Source of the DNA: an uncultured Phycisphaerales bacterium
GTDB lineage: Bacteria > Planctomycetota > Phycisphaerae > Sedimentisphaerales > Anaerobacaceae
Direction: 5' to 3'
Assembly (NCBI GenBank): GCA_963772725.1
Contig: CAVYYI010000003.1
Coordinates: 512,001 to 576,000, forward strand
Length of the DNA: 64,000 nt
Positions 8,761 to 19,537 of this stretch are shown piece by piece. The number at the start of each line of letters is the position of its first letter. Position 1 is the first letter of the stretch. Under the pieces are notes generated by a model that did not search any database, was not told the origin of the DNA, and saw only the letters and a list, made by a program, of their open reading frames with translations. Made by a program: the position numbers and the translations under genes.

Positions 8761-10362
8761 ATGTTTATTCGCAGGGAATTAGTGTTTGGGGTAGTGTTAT
8801 GTATTTTTCTGCTGCACGCTGGATGCAATAGAGAGCAAAAGAAAGACGCAGGTGTAAATACTTCTGCGGATAATAGCGGTATAACCATCAGTTCATCTCC
8901 TATTTTAGGTGCTAAAAAAGCCTCTGTAACGATTGTTGGGTTTCTTGATTTGCAGTGTCCATACTGTACGCGGGAACTGCCAAAGATAAAACAGATTCAG
9001 GAGGAGTACCCAAATAAGGTTAAATTTGTATATAAGCATTTTCCTTTAAGCTTTCATAAGAAATCAAGGCCTGCACATGCTGCGCTGGAATTGGCAAAAT
9101 TACAAGGTGGGGATAAGGCGTTTTGGAAGATGCTGGATATGATAGAGCAGGAGCCGAAAAAACTGGAAAGAGCTGATTTAAGAGGTTATGCCGAAAAACT
9201 GAATTTGGATATGGTTAAATTCGATGAGGTTATGGCTGACGCTAACGAGATTAATAAACTGCTTGAAAAAGATATTGCGCAGGGTAAACAACTTGGCGTT
9301 AATGGTACGCCCACAGTATTTATAAATGGCGAAAAGATGGCTGGCCGTGAGGTAAGCGATTACAAGGCTCGAATCGATGACATTTTAAGTAATGGAAAGA
9401 AACTGGCGAAGGCCAAAAATAATGGCGCAATATTAACCTTTGAAAAAACGGTGTGCGATTTAGGTGAAATCAGTGTCAGAGAAAGAAAAGATTGCGAATT
9501 AAAGTTTAAAAATACAGGCAAAGGATTATTAACTATCGGTGAAATAAAATCGACCTGCGGCTGTACTGTACCGACTTTAGCAAAGAAAGAATATAAACCC
9601 GGTGAAGATGGTGTTATCAAAATCACTTACAGCGGGCAAAGCAGCTCCGGTGCGGTAGCAAAACACATATATGTATCAAGCAATGATGGTGCCAATCCCA
9701 AAATTGCTCTTATACTAAAGGTTGCCGTTACCGAGCAAATTATAGTTACGCCTGCAAAATTGAATCTCAATCTCAATCTCGATAAAGATAATGGGGGCAT
9801 GCCGGAAATCAGTATAAAGAGTAAAGATGGTGCGGTTTTTAGTATAAAGAGCTTTACTGTTAATAATGATGTTATTAAGGCGGATTGCGATAGTAATGCT
9901 GCGGCGGAATTTATTATTAAGCCCAAAGCAGATTTAGCAAAACTTAAAAATAATACGGCAGGTATAATAAGGGTGATTATCAACCACCCCAAATGCGATT
10001 CGGTAACGATTCCTTATGAGGTTTTGACAAGATTTTCCGTCCAGCCGGGCAGATTGGTATTTTTAATCGCCGAGCCGAACACACCGGAGAAAAGAGACAT
10101 TGTTGTTAAGAATAATTACGGCGAGAATTTCGAGATAGCCTCTTTTTCCTCGCAGAATGGCTATATAAAGCTTATTTCGGAGAGTAAGAGCCAAAACAGT
10201 GTACGATTAACGGTAGAAGTAACTCCGCCGATGAGTACGGAAAATCACTTTACCGATTCGATTGATATTAATCTGAAAGACGGCGAGCATCTGACAATTC
10301 CCTGCAGCGGCTTTTATAAAAGCGTAATAGATTCAAAATCCAAACCCGTTGCTCAGAGTTAA
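8761..10362 (+). CDS. DsbA-family thioredoxin + DUF1573/Ig-like domain lipoprotein
   Basis: Lipobox-like HAG-C, CPYC active site, HFPL, GTPT cis-Pro loop, and STCGCT motif of DUF1573. Confidence 0.88.
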   Translation: MFIRRELVFGVVLCIFLLHAGCNREQKKDAGVNTSADNSGITISSSPILGAKKASVTIVGFLDLQCPYCTRELPKIKQIQEEYPNKVKFVYKHFPLSFHKKSRPAHAALELAKLQGGDKAFWKMLDMIEQEPKKLERADLRGYAEKLNLDMVKFDEVMADANEINKLLEKDIAQGKQLGVNGTPTVFINGEKMAGREVSDYKARIDDILSNGKKLAKAKNNGAILTFEKTVCDLGEISVRERKDCELKFKNTGKGLLTIGEIKSTCGCTVPTLAKKEYKPGEDGVIKITYSGQSSSGAVAKHIYVSSNDGANPKIALILKVAVTEQIIVTPAKLNLNLNLDKDNGGMPEISIKSKDGAVFSIKSFTVNNDVIKADCDSNAAAEFIIKPKADLAKLKNNTAGIIRVIINHPKCDSVTIPYEVLTRFSVQPGRLVFLIAEPNTPEKRDIVVKNNYGENFEIASFSSQNGYIKLISESKSQNSVRLTVEVTPPMSTENHFTDSIDINLKDGEHLTIPCSGFYKSVIDSKSKPVAQS

Positions 10363-10553
10363 ACCAGTGGATAAACCTGTTTTCGCTATTAAAAACGCCT
10401 TTTTTAAAGCGAAAAGTCTGATATGTTGAATTTAATATGTCATATATGAAGCTTCATTTTTCGCATATAAAGCGTTAAATGCCGTTTTTCTTTAATAAGA
10501 ATCATAAATGAAGCATCAAAAACCAAATTTGAAGCTTCGTTTTTTATTTTTCT

Positions 10554-10733
10554 TTATTAAAAATCGTTCCAACTTAGTAAAAATCGTTTTTGAAATATCG
10601 AACGCCGTTTAAACTAAGCAAAAATCATTTTAACTTATTAAAAATCGTTCCTGCTTAGTAAAAATGGTTTTTGAAGTATCGAACGTCGTTTAGGCTTAGT
10701 AAAAATCATTTTCCCTTGGTAAAAATCGAATTT
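10554..10733. repeat. 81-bp tandem repeat (2.2 copies) built from 20-21 bp subunits
   Basis: 10554-10634 matches 10635-10715. Subunit consensus TTAGTAAAAATCGTTTT. Stops in all six frames. Confidence 0.85.
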
Positions 10734-10890
10734 CAAGCTTCAAATATCGTCCCGATTTAGGAAAAATAGCATTTGAAACTTGATATGTCGTTTGTCCGGT
10801 ATGAAATACGATAAATACTTTTGGGCAGTACAAGAATTTTTTGAAAAAAGCTTACTTATGGTAAAAGCTCTATGGTCGATTAAAAAATTC

Positions 10891-10918
10891 TTGCAAATCC
10901 GCTTATTTGCATTATAAT
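10891..10918 (+). promoter_or_regulatory. sigma70-like promoter
   Basis: TTGCAA-16 nt-TATAAT upstream of the TPR/alpha-CTD gene. Confidence 0.6.
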
Positions 10919-10993
10919 ACCTCATTTCCGTAAGTTAAATTTATCTGAAATTACCGTTGTGTGAAAATAAAATACTCTCAAAGGGAGATACCT

Positions 10994-12326
10994 ATGGAAC
11001 AGATTGTAGAGACTGGAATCAGCTTGTTTGCGGATACTTTGCCGTCTATGGCGGATATAAAAAAGCTGATGGACATTGTTAATTCAAGCGAAAGCCGCCG
11101 GATAGCCTTTGCCGAACAACTGAAAACTGTTATTGGCGAAACTTCTTCGAAAGCGGTTCTGGCGGCGGGCATAGGCCTGCATATTCTCGGCAGAAATACC
11201 GAGGCCGTTGAAAAACTTAAAAAGGCCAAAGATTGCCAAGAAAAATATATATACTCCGCCTTTGCCCTTCGTCAAATCAGGCAGTTTGACGATGCGATAA
11301 AAAGCCTCACTAAAAGCCTCGAATACGATGCGGACAAGGCTTTTGTCAGGCTCGAAAAGGCCGCTACATATCGTCACGCCTTGAAGTTTGAAGAGGCTGC
11401 CAAGGAGCTTAAGGCATGCGCTAATCTTGAAAACACCAGTGCCGAATATCATTATCAGCTTGCCCGGCTCGCAGAGGCGATCGGCCAATATCAAAACGCC
11501 GTCGAAAATTACAAAAAGGCGATTGAATTAGTCCCCGGTCATCAAAGGGCGTTATTCCATCTTGCGTACCGTTGTGATTTGTCCGGTGATGAAGGGGCGG
11601 CGATAGATTACTATAAACATGTTATTGCCGGTACTCCGGTATATATAAATGCCCTGATGAACCTCGCTGTAATCTATGAAGATGCCGCCAAGTACGACAA
11701 GGCAGCGCGATGCATCGAAAATATTCTTAAATATCACCCCAATCATCAGCGGGCTATTATGTTCCTGAAAGACGCCGAAAGCTCCAAAACGATGTTCTAC
11801 GATGAGGACAAGGAAAAGAAGAAAACGTATAAAAACCGCCTGCTCGAGACACCGATATCGGATTTTGAATTATCCGTCAGGAGCAGAAACTGTCTGAAAA
11901 AGATGAACATAGAAACCATCGGGGACCTTCTCAGTACCAGTGAAGCTCAGCTTCTCGCGTATAAAAATTTCGGCGAAACTTCCCTGCGTGAAATAAAGGT
12001 TATTCTTGATTCCAAAGGTTTGCGGCTCGGAATGGCACTTGAGGAAGAACAAGGCGTTTTAGACTCAGGAGCGCAATTCAGCCGAACCCGGGACTAACGC
12101 ACCTGAAGAAGAAAATGAGGAATTACTGAGCAAATCAGTCGATGACCTGCAATTATCTGTACGCGCAAAGAAATGTGTCGAAAAATTGAATTTGCGAACC
12201 ATCGGAGAGCTGGTTCAAAAAACAGAAAACGAATTACTTGGAATTAAAAATTTCGGAGTAACAAGTTTGAATGAGATAAAAAAAGAACTTGCGAGTCTTG
12301 GGTTGTCTTTGAGGCAAATCGACTGA
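10994..12326 (+). CDS. TPR + tandem RNA polymerase alpha-CTD domain protein (frameshift near 12080)
   Basis: TPRs then ISDFELSVRSRNCL...KNFGETSLREI. A second alpha-CTD (VDDLQLSVRAKKC...KNFGVTSLNEIK) follows in the next frame. Confidence 0.9.
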
Positions 12327-12409
12327 TAAAGATAGAATACAGAATACAACAGATAGTAAGCAGGATTAATCCGAAAGCTCCGCCGTTCATCGGCAGAGTT
12401 GATTGACGT

Positions 12410-13669
12410 ATGAAATCCCCCGGATTATTATTTAAAGTTATTTTGCTCCTGTGCCTGATAATAGCCAACAGCTGCAGAAAAAAAATTCCTGTCCAGCCTA
12501 CTCCACAGTCCAATATTCCGTCTCAGTTCCAGATGAGGGTTTTACTGCTAAACGACATTCGTTCCTGCACTTTAAAAATCGACCCTCCTTTCAACATATA
12601 TGATAGCCTCACCAGCGTTTCTCAGAGCTATCCTTTGAGCAGAGAGCAGCTTTCTGTGCCGATGAACATAAATATTTCCGCCGGCAAAATTACCATCGCT
12701 GGTCAATCCTTCCAAGGTAACGACCTGGTGATTGCGCCCGATGACTCATCGTTTTTCAATCTTAACGGCGACAAGTATCGCGGCAAACTCAGACTGCTTT
12801 TAAATAGTGACCCCAATTCTTTTGACGCTATAAACATTGTCCCGCTCGAACCTTATCTGGCCGGCGTAATAGGTGTTGAAATGCACAGTTACTGGGAGCC
12901 TGCCGCCCTCGAAGCGCAGACAATCGCCGCCAGAACATATTGCCTTTATATAAAAAAACGCTTCGGTGAAAAACGCTCCTGGGACATAAAAAAAACACAG
13001 GCGCATCAGGCGTATAACGGCATCAAGGCCGAATCCGCATCTGTCTGGCAGGCCATCGATAACACATGGGGCCAGGTATTATTCTGCGACCAGAAAGACG
13101 GCTCAAAAGATATTTTCCCTGCCTATTATGGTTCTGTATGCGGCGGACACACCGAAAACAGCAAAAACGTCTTCGGCGGAGAGACCTTCGCACCTCTTGC
13201 CGGTGTGCCGTGTACTTATTGTCTTGAAACCGCCAAGCCAGGCATTTTTTCCTGGTCTGATGTCGAATTTTCAAAAGCGGATATCAAAACCAAGCTGCTG
13301 CAAAGTTATCAAAGCCTTAGCCAAATCGGTGATATCAACGAAATTGTCCCGCTGCGTCAAAGTGATTATAATGACTTCTCACGGCTTACGATGATTAAGC
13401 TTGTCGGCACAGACGGTAACAGCATTAATTTAAGGGCCGAAGATTTTCGTCTGGCAATTGACTCAAGCGGCTCTATAATCAAAAGCGCCGCCTGTAAAAT
13501 TGCTGACCATGGCGATAAATGGGCGTTTTGGGACGGCAGAGGTTATGGGCACGCCGTTGGATTATGCCAATACGGCGCAGAGGCATTGGCGAGAAAAGGT
13601 ATGAATGCTCAGCAGATTCTTAGGTATTATTATCCTGATTCGTGGATTGAAAATATTTATTCAAAATGA
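12410..13669 (+). CDS. SpoIID/LytB domain protein (putative lipoprotein)
   Basis: LEPYLAGVIGVEM, ALEAQTIAARTY, QAYNG, GRGYGHAVGLCQYGA, ILRYYYP. Confidence 0.92.
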   Translation: MKSPGLLFKVILLLCLIIANSCRKKIPVQPTPQSNIPSQFQMRVLLLNDIRSCTLKIDPPFNIYDSLTSVSQSYPLSREQLSVPMNINISAGKITIAGQSFQGNDLVIAPDDSSFFNLNGDKYRGKLRLLLNSDPNSFDAINIVPLEPYLAGVIGVEMHSYWEPAALEAQTIAARTYCLYIKKRFGEKRSWDIKKTQAHQAYNGIKAESASVWQAIDNTWGQVLFCDQKDGSKDIFPAYYGSVCGGHTENSKNVFGGETFAPLAGVPCTYCLETAKPGIFSWSDVEFSKADIKTKLLQSYQSLSQIGDINEIVPLRQSDYNDFSRLTMIKLVGTDGNSINLRAEDFRLAIDSSGSIIKSAACKIADHGDKWAFWDGRGYGHAVGLCQYGAEALARKGMNAQQILRYYYPDSWIENIYSK

Positions 13670-14781
13670 CAGACTTTAAAATACTTCATCGCGATTCCGC
13701 CTCACAGGCAAGATGCGGCCTGCTGACCACCGCCCACGGCTGTGTGGAGACGCCGGTCTTTATGCCGGTAGGTACCGCAGGCGCGGTAAAGGGTATCACA
13801 CCGCAGCATCTCGAACAGGCCGGCGCAAGTATCATCCTGGCAAATACGTATCATCTTTTTTTGCGGCCGGGCGTTGATGTTGTCAAAAAACTCGGCGGCC
13901 TCCATAAACTTATGGCCTGGAACAAACCTATTCTTACTGACAGCGGTGGTTACCAGGTCTTTTCGCTCAATCAGCTAACCAGAATTGATGACAACGGTGT
14001 CGAATTTGCCAGCCACATTGACGGTGCAAAAATTTATCTTACTCCCGCAATCGCCACGCGGGCACAAAACGACCTTGACGCAGATATTATAATGTGTTTC
14101 GATGAGTGCGCTCCATTTCCCTCTGAAGAATCTGCACTGGAAAAAGTCGTGGAAAGAACCATCCGCTGGGCATCGCAATGTAAAAACGCTCACGGCAATC
14201 CTTTGCAAATGCTCTTTGGAATCGTTCAGGGCGGGATATATCTGCCGCTGCGGCAGAGATGCGCGGAAGAACTTGTCAAAATGGACTTCGACGGTTATTC
14301 CATCGGCGGCTTAAGCGTCGGTGAAGGTCACGAAAATCTGGTTAACACCGTCGCCTATACGACTGGGCTTTTGCCTCAAAACAAACCCCGCTATCTGATG
14401 GGTGCCGGTTTTCCCAATGATATTATCGCCGCTGTAATGAACGGCGTCGATATGTTCGACTGCGTCCTGCCGACCCGCAATGGCAGAAACGCCTTTGCCT
14501 TTACTGAAAACGGCCCATTACGGCTAAGAAACAGCGTGCACACCGACGATACCAGCCCGATTGAGGGAAACTGCGACTGCTATTGCTGCCAAAACTTCCA
14601 CAGAGGCACTCTCAGGCACTTTTTCAACGTCGGCGAGATGCTTGGCCCAATTCTCGTATCTATCCATAACATAAGGTTTTACCAAAGATTAATGGTTCAA
14701 ATCAGGAAAAATATCGCCGAGGGACATTTTGCCGCCTGGGCTCAAAAAAAGCTGAAACAGTACGAAATTTTTAATTCATAA
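13666..14781 (+). CDS. tgt: tRNA-guanine transglycosylase
   Basis: TPVFMPVGT, ANTYHL, LTDSGGYQVFSL, DMFDCVLPTRNGRN, CxCxxC Zn site. Confidence 0.97.
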   Translation: MTDFKILHRDSASQARCGLLTTAHGCVETPVFMPVGTAGAVKGITPQHLEQAGASIILANTYHLFLRPGVDVVKKLGGLHKLMAWNKPILTDSGGYQVFSLNQLTRIDDNGVEFASHIDGAKIYLTPAIATRAQNDLDADIIMCFDECAPFPSEESALEKVVERTIRWASQCKNAHGNPLQMLFGIVQGGIYLPLRQRCAEELVKMDFDGYSIGGLSVGEGHENLVNTVAYTTGLLPQNKPRYLMGAGFPNDIIAAVMNGVDMFDCVLPTRNGRNAFAFTENGPLRLRNSVHTDDTSPIEGNCDCYCCQNFHRGTLRHFFNVGEMLGPILVSIHNIRFYQRLMVQIRKNIAEGHFAAWAQKKLKQYEIFNS

Positions 14782-14892
14782 AAAGTTGTCGGATTCAGGC
14801 AATTTTGCTGTAATTTACAATTAATTCAGGTTATACTATGCGTTTTTACAATTTTGGGCAAAAAGTTAGTCCGATGATGAAAGGATATTAAA

Positions 14893-15313
14893 ATGAATAA
14901 TTTATGGATTTTAGCAGAAGTCGCCGGCGGGCAAAAGCCTGAGGCACTCACTTCAGAACCGGTTACATCAGCACAAACAACAACCAAAACCGCAGCTGAC
15001 GGAAATACTGCTGGGCAAAAGACACAGCCTCCAAGTACGTTTGGCCTTCAACAGATGCTTCTTCTTGGATTGATGGTAGTTATTTTCTATTTTCTGCTTT
15101 TCAGAGGGCCAAAGAAGAAACAGCAGGAACAAATTAAAATGGTAAAATCTCTGCAGAAAAAATGACAAGGTACAGACGATAGGCGGGATTCTCGGGACCG
15201 TTGTTGATGTCAGTGATGATGTGGTGACGTTAAAAATCGATGAAGCTAACAACACGAAAATTAAAGTAACTGTTGCGGCTATCGGGAGAAATCTTTCAAG
15301 GGATCAAAAATAA
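14893..15313 (+). CDS. yajC: Preprotein translocase subunit YajC (frameshift in an A-run near 15160)
   Basis: IFYFLLFRGPKKKQ..., then NDKVQTIGGILGTVV in the next frame. Lies between tgt and secDF. Confidence 0.92.
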
Positions 15314-15363
15314 AAATTAACGGAAAATGACTGAAATTTAAAAATTTTTAACAGGAATGAATT

Positions 15364-18300
15364 ATGGATAGAAATCTGACGTGGAAATTTGTTTTGATTG
15401 GTGCTTTGGTAATTCTGTCGATTTGGTTCGTGTATCCGCCTGATAAAACATTAAAACCTGGAATAGACCTCGCCGGCGGCACAAGCCTTATCTATGAAAT
15501 AGATACGACAGGGATGAGTAACGCCGAAAAAATAGGGCTTTCCGAGAGAATGATAACCATTCTGCGAAGACGAATCGACCCGGGCAACATTCAGAACCTT
15601 ATCTGGAGACCACAGGGCAGTTCACGTTTTGAAATTCAGATGCCGCTGCCCAGCGCCAAGGCTATCGCGGGACGCAAAAACTATGAAAAAGCTTTGGATG
15701 GACTTATAAGCGAAAATATTAATCCCGCCGTGGTGATGCGCTCATTGCCCAGGCCCGCGGCACAGCGTGCTGCCGAATTCGAAAAAATCGCCCGCGGCAT
15801 TCCTGAGAGACTTAAAATCCTTAACGACCTGGCTGCCGCTTACGATGAGCGGGAAAAGCTTAAGAATGAAGAAAATAAAATCACCGCCGAACTGCAGACA
15901 ATGGAAGGTGGAATGAAAACCGCAGGTCTCAATGTTGAGCAGGTGAAATTAAGCGTCGGCAAATGGGTCGGCCTTGATGAAAAGAAACTTGCAGAGGCCA
16001 TAAAAGAACTGCTCGGCTCAGACAAGAATCTTGACATCGTAACAAAGTACGCAAAAAAATATTCTGAAAAGGCCAAAGTTGACGAACAGTTAATGCAGCC
16101 CGAAACAGGCAAAGAAGACACTTACAAAAACGCCAGAAAAGCTCTCGATAAGTTAAACCTTACCACCGAACAGATAGACTCTGTTCTTGAGATGTCCGGA
16201 AAATCGTATCAGAGAGCCGCCGCCGTAGAAAAACTCGAGAGCGAATTTGCCGACAGAAAAGACAAGATTGCCGAAGTTGTAAAGGCTTATGACGGTTATT
16301 ACCCGTACCGCGGCGGACTCGACGACCCCAAAGACCTCCAGAGAATGTTAAAAGGCACAGGCGTCCTCGAGTTCAGAATACTGCCCACCACAAACCGCAC
16401 AGAATTATCCGCCGATGAAATTCGGGGTTATATGGAGGCCCTGAAAGATAAGGGACCCAAAGCCGCCTCGGACAAAAACTATATCTGGTGCGAAATTGAG
16501 AATCCACCGGAGTGGAAAAAGGCTTACGAGATAGTAGCTCCTTTTGGAAACAAGTATTATGTACTGGCCAGCAACAGGGTCGATGCCGATGAATGTATGC
16601 TTCACATCGCGGACCAGGAGTGGAAACTGGTCAGCTCATATCCAGGTCAGGACCAGATGGGAAGAAGAGCAATTGATTTTACTCTCGATGACCGCGGCGG
16701 AAAGATTTTCTCGCAGATTACGGGCAAAAATATCGGCAGACCGCTTTGCATCCTCCTCGATGGTATCGCGATATCCGCTCCGAACATCAACGACAGAATA
16801 AGCACGCGGGGAATAATTACCGGCGTATTCAGCGCGACAGAGGTTATCGATATGGTCAACAAGCTCAACGCCGGTTCTCTGCCTGCCAAACTTATCCAGC
16901 AGCCTATCTCTGTAAAAACAATCGGACCTTCAATAGGTGCCGAGAACCGCGACAAGGGTATTAAGTCAGGCTTGATTGGGCTGATAATAGTTATAGCGTT
17001 TATGATGGTTTATTATACCGTCGGCGGCGCAATAGCGAACGTTGCCTTGCTTATGAACGTTCTGTTTATTTTGGCCCTGATGGCGATGCTTAAGGCCACT
17101 TACACATTGTCCGGTATCGCAGGTACAATATTAACCATCGGTATGAGCATCGACGCTAACGTACTTATTTTTGAAAGAATCAGAGAAGAACAGGCCAGGG
17201 GTTGTTCACTGAGAATGGCAATTAAAAACGGTTATGAAAAGGCGTTCTCCGCTATTTTCGACTCCAACCTGACAACTATCATCACAGCGGCAATTCTTTA
17301 CTATGTGGCTTCCGAGGAAATAAAAGGATTTGCGATTGTTCTTATGCTCGGTCTTGCTTCGAGTATGTTCACTGCGCTGTTCGTAACCAGGGCAATCTTT
17401 GATTTTCTTATGAATAAAAAAATTCTTAAAAACCATCTTGCTATGATGCATCTTATTCGCGTTCCCAATATAAACTGGATGGGTTTAAGACCTCTTTTCT
17501 TTACTCTCTCGGCAATCCTTACTATCGGAGGTGTGGTAGTCTTTTTCACGAGAGACGACGCCAAAAATAACAAATACGACATTGAGTTCACCGGCGGCAC
17601 CAGCGCACAGATTAATCTCAAGGAAAATGTCTCTATGACACGCGATGAGGTGGAAAAGAAAATCCGCGACATCGGCAAAAAATGGCATGACCCAGGTCTG
17701 GAAAGTACCGTGGTTCAGGCTATCGAAACCTCGGGTAAACAATACGAAATTATCACCTCAGAATCGAATAGAACTAAAGCTAATATCACGCTTCAGGCTT
17801 CCGAAAAGACCTCTGTTGAAGCGGTACTCGCGGCAATTGAAAAAGCTCAATCTGATTCCGAAACTAAACTCGCAAAGCTAACTGTAACTCAGGACAGCAA
17901 CCTGCCAAACGCTTTTGTCATAACGACAACACAGTTAAACAAGTCTATAATAACAAAAATTTTAACTGCCGCTTTCCCAAAAGCGACAATTTCAGAACCT
18001 CAGCCGGATAATATTGTCGATAACGCGATAATGGCCGCTTTCGGTGATGATTTGGCTATCCAGCAGAACCTCAATCCAAAGATTATCTCAACGGCGAAAA
18101 TAGATGAAAAGGTTGTGGATGCTTATCCTGAGCTTGTAGATTTTCTGGGCGGTATCGAAATCAAATGCGAAATCGAAAAAACCGCCACCGCTGAAGAAAT
18201 TGACCAGAGGCTAAAAAATTTACATTATAAACCGGAAGCTCAAAACCTCAGCTGGTACACTTATAAGATACTCGGTACGGATTTGAACCCCCTGGAAGCG

Positions 18301-19032
18301 AAACCCGTAAAGTCTTTTGTTTATGTCAGCACCGCGCCGGAAGCGGGACTCCGTCAGCTAAGCGAGGAAGAATGGACACAGTTTGTTAATAACGAAACCA
18401 GTAAGGTTTTGGCGGCGGCACAAATCGAAACATCGCTGCCAAGAGTAACGCAGATTGACCCCTCCGTCGGTTCGGAGTCAAAGACGAGGGCGTTAATCGC
18501 CATTATTCTCTCTTTGTTCGCGATGCTGGTTTACATCTGGCTTCGTTTCGGTGACAAACGGTATGGATTCGGCGCCGTTATAACGCTCTTCCACGACACC
18601 TGCGTTACGGTCGGCGTTGTTACAGCCTGTACTTACATCGCACCCACCGTTATCGGCCAAAAACTCCTTATCGGTGATTTCAAAATCGATATGGCAATGA
18701 TAGCCGCTTTCCTGACACTGCTGGGCTATTCAATCAATGATACAATCGTTATTTATGACCGTATCCGCGAAAATCAGCGTAAGGGAATTTTAACAGCCAA
18801 ACTAATCAATGACAGTATCAACCAGACTCTTTCGAGAACACTTTTGACAGGTCTTACCGTTTTCTTCGTAGTGTTGATAATGTATATTTTCGGCGGCACA
18901 GGCTTAAGAGGCTTCAACTTCGCGATGACCTTTGGCGTTATCTTAGGCACTTACTCTTCAATCGCGATATCCGCGCCGGTATTGCTGATTGGCGGTAAAG
19001 CCAAAGACCAAAACGGCAAAAATACGAATTAA
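15364..19032 (+). CDS. secDF: Fused protein translocase SecDF with large periplasmic insertions
   Basis: GIDLAGG, IGMSIDANVLIFERIREE, IEFTGG, GYSINDTIVIYDRIRE, GTYSSIAI. Confidence 0.96.
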   Translation: MDRNLTWKFVLIGALVILSIWFVYPPDKTLKPGIDLAGGTSLIYEIDTTGMSNAEKIGLSERMITILRRRIDPGNIQNLIWRPQGSSRFEIQMPLPSAKAIAGRKNYEKALDGLISENINPAVVMRSLPRPAAQRAAEFEKIARGIPERLKILNDLAAAYDEREKLKNEENKITAELQTMEGGMKTAGLNVEQVKLSVGKWVGLDEKKLAEAIKELLGSDKNLDIVTKYAKKYSEKAKVDEQLMQPETGKEDTYKNARKALDKLNLTTEQIDSVLEMSGKSYQRAAAVEKLESEFADRKDKIAEVVKAYDGYYPYRGGLDDPKDLQRMLKGTGVLEFRILPTTNRTELSADEIRGYMEALKDKGPKAASDKNYIWCEIENPPEWKKAYEIVAPFGNKYYVLASNRVDADECMLHIADQEWKLVSSYPGQDQMGRRAIDFTLDDRGGKIFSQITGKNIGRPLCILLDGIAISAPNINDRISTRGIITGVFSATEVIDMVNKLNAGSLPAKLIQQPISVKTIGPSIGAENRDKGIKSGLIGLIIVIAFMMVYYTVGGAIANVALLMNVLFILALMAMLKATYTLSGIAGTILTIGMSIDANVLIFERIREEQARGCSLRMAIKNGYEKAFSAIFDSNLTTIITAAILYYVASEEIKGFAIVLMLGLASSMFTALFVTRAIFDFLMNKKILKNHLAMMHLIRVPNINWMGLRPLFFTLSAILTIGGVVVFFTRDDAKNNKYDIEFTGGTSAQINLKENVSMTRDEVEKKIRDIGKKWHDPGLESTVVQAIETSGKQYEIITSESNRTKANITLQASEKTSVEAVLAAIEKAQSDSETKLAKLTVTQDSNLPNAFVITTTQLNKSIITKILTAAFPKATISEPQPDNIVDNAIMAAFGDDLAIQQNLNPKIISTAKIDEKVVDAYPELVDFLGGIEIKCEIEKTATAEEIDQRLKNLHYKPEAQNLSWYTYKILGTDLNPLEAKPVKSFVYVSTAPEAGLRQLSEEEWTQFVNNETSKVLAAAQIETSLPRVTQIDPSVGSESKTRALIAIILSLFAMLVYIWLRFGDKRYGFGAVITLFHDTCVTVGVVTACTYIAPTVIGQKLLIGDFKIDMAMIAAFLTLLGYSINDTIVIYDRIRENQRKGILTAKLINDSINQTLSRTLLTGLTVFFVVLIMYIFGGTGLRGFNFAMTFGVILGTYSSIAISAPVLLIGGKAKDQNGKNTN

Positions 19033-19085
19033 ATCTTTAAGCAACTTATTGTAGAATTATAAATATATAGCTGCGGGCACTAAAA

Positions 19086-19495
19086 ATGCCGAAAAACTTT
19101 AAGATAGGGATTATTTCAGGCCTGCTGCTCGTGGCATGTGCTGTTATCTGGCTTTCCACGCGCAAAGACCTGAGCGTTGAATCGCGGATGCTTAATGCCC
19201 GCCACGCTGCTTCGAGCAGCGAACCTGCTTTGCCGCTGCCGGCCGCTGTACCTCCTGCTATGAATAAGACTCAAACCGCACGACAGAACACTCCTGTCAG
19301 TAAAATCGCTGAAGCACCCAAAAAGCCGCCGGACAAAGAATTCATACTGTTGCTCAGGGCGAAACGCTCTCGGATATTTCCAAACTCTATTACGGTTCGC
19401 CGGCCAAATGGCGGAAAATTCTTGACGCTAACCGCGACTTGATTAAAGATGAGAATAAGTTAAAAACCGGAATCCGATTAGTCATCCCGGAATAA
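19086..19495 (+). CDS. Membrane-anchored LysM domain protein (frameshift near 19335)
   Basis: N-terminal TM. Alternative frame reads IHTVAQGETLSDISKLYYG..KWRKILDAN...LVIPE*. Confidence 0.85.
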
Positions 19496-19537
19496 TATCC
19501 TTCAACTCTGCGGTGAAAAATGCGGGTTAATTGGGAT

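Noticed and set aside
10554..10733. CRISPR array
   Set aside because: Units are contiguous and degenerate, with no unique spacers and no cas genes in the window.
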